Assembly (NCBI GenBank): GCA_040437565.1
Contig: JBDOQK010000006.1
Span: 248,001 to 312,000, forward strand
Reading direction: 5' to 3'
DNA: 64,000 nt
From: Albugo candida
Taxonomy: Eukaryota
Part shown: positions 59,445 to 64,000 of the stretch, one piece after another
Layout of the letters: each line of letters opens with the position of its first letter
Numbering within the stretch: position 1 is the stretch's first letter
Program-made: the position numbers and the translations under genes
The notes under the pieces: model-generated
The model's database searches: none
The model's input: only the letters and a program-made list of their open reading frames with translations
What the model was told of the DNA's origin: nothing

Positions 59445-61518
59445 ATCGTATTGCTCCATTTGTCATTTTGTGCCTTCCCTTCTGCCAATCCTAGATGCAG
59501 TATAGACCTGAAAGTGTGGATTGCCTCCTGTATATTATCACGGGAGAGTAGTAAAAGTCCCTTGTTCATCAGCACTTGAGGATGACCAGGTTGTTTTTCG
59601 TCGGAGCTAAGCTTTTCCGAAAGAACACTTACATGCTTGAATAGTATCTCTGCACTTTCAATGTCACCTAGTTGCATGTAGATTCTTCCAATTCTAGAAA
59701 GCACAATAATTTGCTCGGGAACCGTTTTGATCTTTTCGACCTACACAGAACAGCGAAAAGAATTTATCAAGGATGTGGCTGAAGAGACATACCCGAAGTG
59801 TTGAGCACAGTCGAAGAGCTAAAGAATATCTCTGTTCGTGCAGCGCATGATGAATCAATGTAAATTGTGTCACCTGAAGCCAGAGTTCGGCTTCATCTTC
59901 ATCGACATCAAAAACTTGCTTCGTCTTTTTTTCTAAGATGGCGTTCGAAATTTCCATAATCAACGTACAAAGTTTTTTCTCATACCCCTCTGCGTCCTCT
60001 CTATATTTGCAAAGTGTCGCTTCCAATGACCGAAGTCGCATGATAAGATACGTATTGCTACATTTTCTTCCCGTTTGTGTCTGAAGTTGTAATGTGTGTG
60101 AACGACGCTGCAATTCACGCAAGTCACCAAACTGATGCAAGACAGTTTCGGCTTCATCGTAGAAACCTTCTTTGATCAAGGCCGCCAAATACCATGATTT
60201 TGCTTCAAGAGTCTGCTCGCTTTCTAATTCATCTTGAAGAATGCGTTTAGCTTTCTTCATGAGACTCTTACATCTTCTTTGCCTGCATAAAAGCTCGAGA
60301 CTTCTTGGTTCATTTGGAAGATCATCGATATTAAAATCGTGTGGAGATGAAGTTTGGCTCTGACCAAAGTAAGAAAGATCATCGTCGCGTAGTGTGTTCC
60401 AAAAGTTCTCTAAGAGTTCATCGACGCTTTTTACTTCAATCAAAACTCGAGATGAAGAAATTCTCATGGTTGCGGGTGATGCTGGTGAAGCGTTAGCATT
60501 TGGTTTCTTTGATAACATTTTGTTGGTTGGTGACGTCATAGAGTTTCGCCTGACGTTATCTCGTTTTTCTGAAGGATGCGTTCCGTGACCTGGAGCTGTT
60601 GCTGATTGAAACGACTGCGATGTCATATTATCACCATACTTCAAAAAAGGCATACTTGCCGGAGAGAATCCAGAGCTTATATTCGAGTATATTTTCGCCG
60701 AAATCGATTGTAAATTACCTTCATCTGGATGTGCTGTNNNNNNNNNNNNNNNNNNNNNNNNNNNNNNNNNNNNNNNNNNNNNNNNNNNNNNNNNNNNNNN
60801 NNNNNNNNNNNNNNNNNNNNNNNNNNNNNNNNNNNNNTGCTGATTGAAACGACTGCGATGTCATATTATCACCATACTTCAAAAAAGGCATACTTGCCGG
60901 AGAGAATCCAGAGCTTATATTCGAGTATATTTTCGCCGAAATCGATTGTAAATTACCTTCATCTGGATGTGCTGTCGACGCATTATTCGTATCGTTTAGA
61001 GTCTCGCTGTTTCGTACGACCGGAAACATCGGGGATATATTGTTCTGTAAGGAATCGATCTGAGTGGATGCAAGTACACTTTCGGAATTCTGCGTAATTG
61101 TTGAGCCTTCACATTCCGTGATTTCAACTTTCAAATCCGAAACGTCAGGAAAATTTAGTTCACGCTCAGCATAATTCTGTATTAGTTCCTGGAAAGGATC
61201 TTCAGAAGCGTTTGTAATGGGACTTGTGAATAATAACGATGATGAGTTGAAGCTATCCTCTACAACCTCTGATATGTTTGATAACGAGTTTATTTCTTCA
61301 CCTTGACGAAGTGGTATTGCTGAAAAGGGATCGTTATCTGTCTTATCTGAAGGTGAGAATAAGACTGCTGCTGCTGTAGTCTCGTTTTCCGCAAAAATTT
61401 CCATTCGATCCAACTCTGATGACTTGAATTTTTCCTCAGTTAGTTCGCTATCTGGATCGCAAGTAATTGATTCGAATTCATGAATAACAGGGGCCGCCAA
61501 AGTCGCAAATGGATCCAT
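59150..61518 (-). CDS. TRAPPC12: TRAPP complex subunit 12 (TTC15/TRAMM) TPR protein, spliced
   Basis: Acidic disordered N-terminus from MDPFATL. C-terminal TPRs LSRIGRIYMQLGD, AVNNYAICALY..AVTMLE, NEVVVFNLSSLYDL. Confidence 0.82.
60600..60975. repeat. Gap-flanking duplication 60600-60737 = 60838-60975
   Basis: 138 bp repeated either side of a 100-N gap. Confidence 0.95.
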
Positions 61519-62611
61519 GGAATCATACACTACAGGGATATAAGTCACACGTAGATACGTCTACTTGAGGCAAAAATACATGCAGCGCTACAGATCTCGC
61601 GATTGTAATCCTTATCTAAAGAGCTAGGAAGAATATATTCTCGGCATCAGCCCGTTAAAGACATCACATTGTTACATACGCTGATAGAAGAAATGCCGGG
61701 ATTGAACTTTCCGAGGGATTCTCCGACTGATCAATTGTCAAAAGATCATTTGATTCTTCTTCGCTAGTCTGTTGGGCAAATTGCATCGTTTCCGCGTTTG
61801 ATCTGTCTGGTGTCATTCGAGCAATGCGTTAGCTTCAGCTTTGCGGTAATTCCTTGGGTTAGCCAATCACACACTGAGAATCGATACATTCTCCTTAGAC
61901 AAGCCGCAATTAGTAATTGATTGTAGAATATATTTAGCTTTCACTGTCGGATCGAGGATCAAGCAACTCTTGTACTCGTCTCCTAAGTGGTGATATGCTC
62001 GAAGTACAATCTTCTAACATTGAGAAGATTTGAAAGCTCGAGATGAGATTGCACGAATGCTTTATACTCTCTCACAATGCACCGAGTAAGTCTCATAGGT
62101 CCATCTTGACCTGCTAGTATGGCTGGCCCTTCAATAAAGGAAGTGAATACTTCATATAACAATTCGTAACAATTTTGCGGGATATTGGATGTGAACGATT
62201 CCCACCGTAAACGAGGTCACTACAACTAATTTTCTAAAATCATTCGTATCCTTTTGCCGAATACGTCGAGTGTCATCGTATTTTTAGCTCCTATAAAGCT
62301 TTACACGAAAGGCATAACGTTGACATTGGATCTTAAAGTGTTACACAAGTTGGAACTATTCAGGGATGAGGTAGATATGATAAGTATCATGCGTTTCCAC
62401 CAAAAGTGCTTCAGTTAGCTCAGTACTACTCTATCTTCTGATGTGATTTGAAAATCCAACATCTTATGTCGTCTATCCATGCGTAAAGCATCGGCAAAGT
62501 CATGCAACTTTTGATGTGTCATATGATAAGATGTCAATTAAACTTCAATCATAAAGAACATGTTTTTAACCCGACTTTATGTGTGAATCAAAGGTTACTA
62601 TATTCGCATAA

Positions 62612-64000
62612 ATGATGGAACAACATGGATCCTCTTCGACTTACGACGTTGCTGCTGAGCCTTTATTACGGAGACAGGATAAGAAACAAGACAATGACTT
62701 TTATCGGGAATCGAGCCTAGAATTTACGATTTCACGACCACCAACACGTGAGAAATACTTGAAGAAACTAGGCTACACGCCTCTCATCTTTCGGGTATGC
62801 TTCTGCGCATAATGAACAGTATCCCAAGGTTGATAATAGAAGTTGTAGAAAGTTGGGAGCTTACTGGCAGCATTATCTCCAATGAGACAGAAAAAAAATG
62901 TCAATTTTGAGCGAACAACTGAGGGGGATACGTTTCCACATCATCAGTCTTTCCTACCGGCGAAAGGATCGATTCGAGGGTCTGTATTCAACCTTGCAAG
63001 TGCAACTTTAGGTGCTGGGGCATTATCATTGCCCTACGCTGTCGCGGTTTCTGGAATTGGTTTTGCCATCGGACAGCTCTTGCTTGGTGCTGCACTCACC
63101 ATCTATACAATCCGACTCCTGACCCATGCCGCCAAACTCACAAAGTAAGATCTATACTTGTCATAATAATTATCACTCATGCCTTATGCTTTCTTAGATT
63201 GAATTCTTATGAAGATCTTGCCCTCTTTTGCTTTGGAAAAAAGGTAATTTATACTCTTCAGTCGGCATCTTCAACTATGCTCTCATTGGGATTGCAGGCA
63301 GCGATATTTGTGGAACTCAATATTCTGGTATTCTGTTTTGGTATTTCCATCGCCTATCTAGTGACCCTGGGTGATATTCTCACCCCAATGGGAGAGCTTT
63401 ACTTTGGAAATGATAGTATCCTATCAAAACGTTGGGCACTAATGTCCTTTTCATGTGGTGTGATCATGCTACCGCTTTCTTTGTTGCGTGACATCAGCAG
63501 TTTGCAATTCTCATCAATTCTGGGAGTCTTTTCGATCATTTTTCTGGTTATCGCGGTTTGTATACGCTCAGTCATGTACTCTATCTCAAACGGAGTTGCA
63601 AAATCTATATACTGGGGCTTCAACTACTCAAATGGTCTGCAATTTATGCTGAGCGTTCCGATCGTCATGTTTGCATTCACAAATCAGGTTGCATTGTATT
63701 TGAAGTGAGGATGTCTGTCGAAGAGACTTATACTTTCTTTACAGGTCAACGTGTTCTCAATTTATACGGAGCTTCAGAGACCGTGTATACGTCGAATGAA
63801 CAAAGTTGTGGACCGGGCCACATTGATTTCATTCATATTGTATGCAACCATAGGAGTGGTTGCTTACGTAGCTTTTGGATCTTCTCTTCTAGACAAAGAT
63901 TCAAAGGGAAATGTTCTTCTGAGTTTTCCCCTGAAAGATACACTGATTGCAATAACTCGAGCAGCTTTGACTTTCACAGTGTCCGTGGCATTTCCACTGA
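62612..64000 (+). CDS. Amino acid/auxin permease (AAAP/SLC38-like) transporter, multi-exon, runs off window end
   Basis: GSVFNLASATLGAGALSLPYA, SYEDLA, LPLSLLRDISSLQFSS, FAFTNQ|VNVFSIYTEL; short GT-AG introns. Confidence 0.92.

Noticed and set aside
61690-61725. Minus-strand GTTCAATCCCGGC resembling a tRNA T-loop
   Set aside because: Flanks do not form a T-stem or cloverleaf
1-64000. Prokaryotic systems (CRISPR, operons, phage-derived primase)
   Set aside because: Spliceosomal introns and eukaryote-specific genes throughout; no repeat-spacer arrays; the T7-like primase-helicase is the ordinary nuclear-encoded Twinkle

Overview
Eukaryotic genomic scaffold from an oomycete, most likely an Albugo-type species. 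This is inferred from the very compact gene spacing, short (about 45-70 nt) GT-AG introns and the gene content. About 22 protein-coding genes are recognisable: DDX24/Mak5 (partial), Twinkle primase-helicase, golgin-84, a PH-PX-helical-domain protein, vasohibin, Tim22-family protein, RBM19/Mrd1, a CCT-domain protein, a Spinster-like MFS transporter, a reduced TRIP4/Rqt4-like protein, a RUN-RhoGAP-ELMO protein, DENR, PP2C, DAG lipase, WASHC4, an HA-repeat protein, WASHC3/CCDC53, CEP70-like, TRAPPC12, an AAAP/SLC38 transporter (partial) and orphan or decayed ORFs. All 14 runs of 100 N are flanked by a direct duplication of 31-923 bp. These are unmerged contig overlaps, not biology, and they break or double several ORFs in the supplied track. 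I found no RNA genes, CRISPR arrays or recognisable transposons. The most notable signals are unusual domain architectures: RUN + arginine-finger-less RhoGAP + ELMO; PH + PX + ZNF598-like helical domain; vasohibin + Ig-like tail; CCDC53 with a duplicated exon module; DENR with an extra N-terminal module. Also notable are the close linkage of two WASH-complex genes and possible relics of secreted Cys-motif proteins in gene-sparse gaps. All family calls are by eye from motifs; no searches were run.
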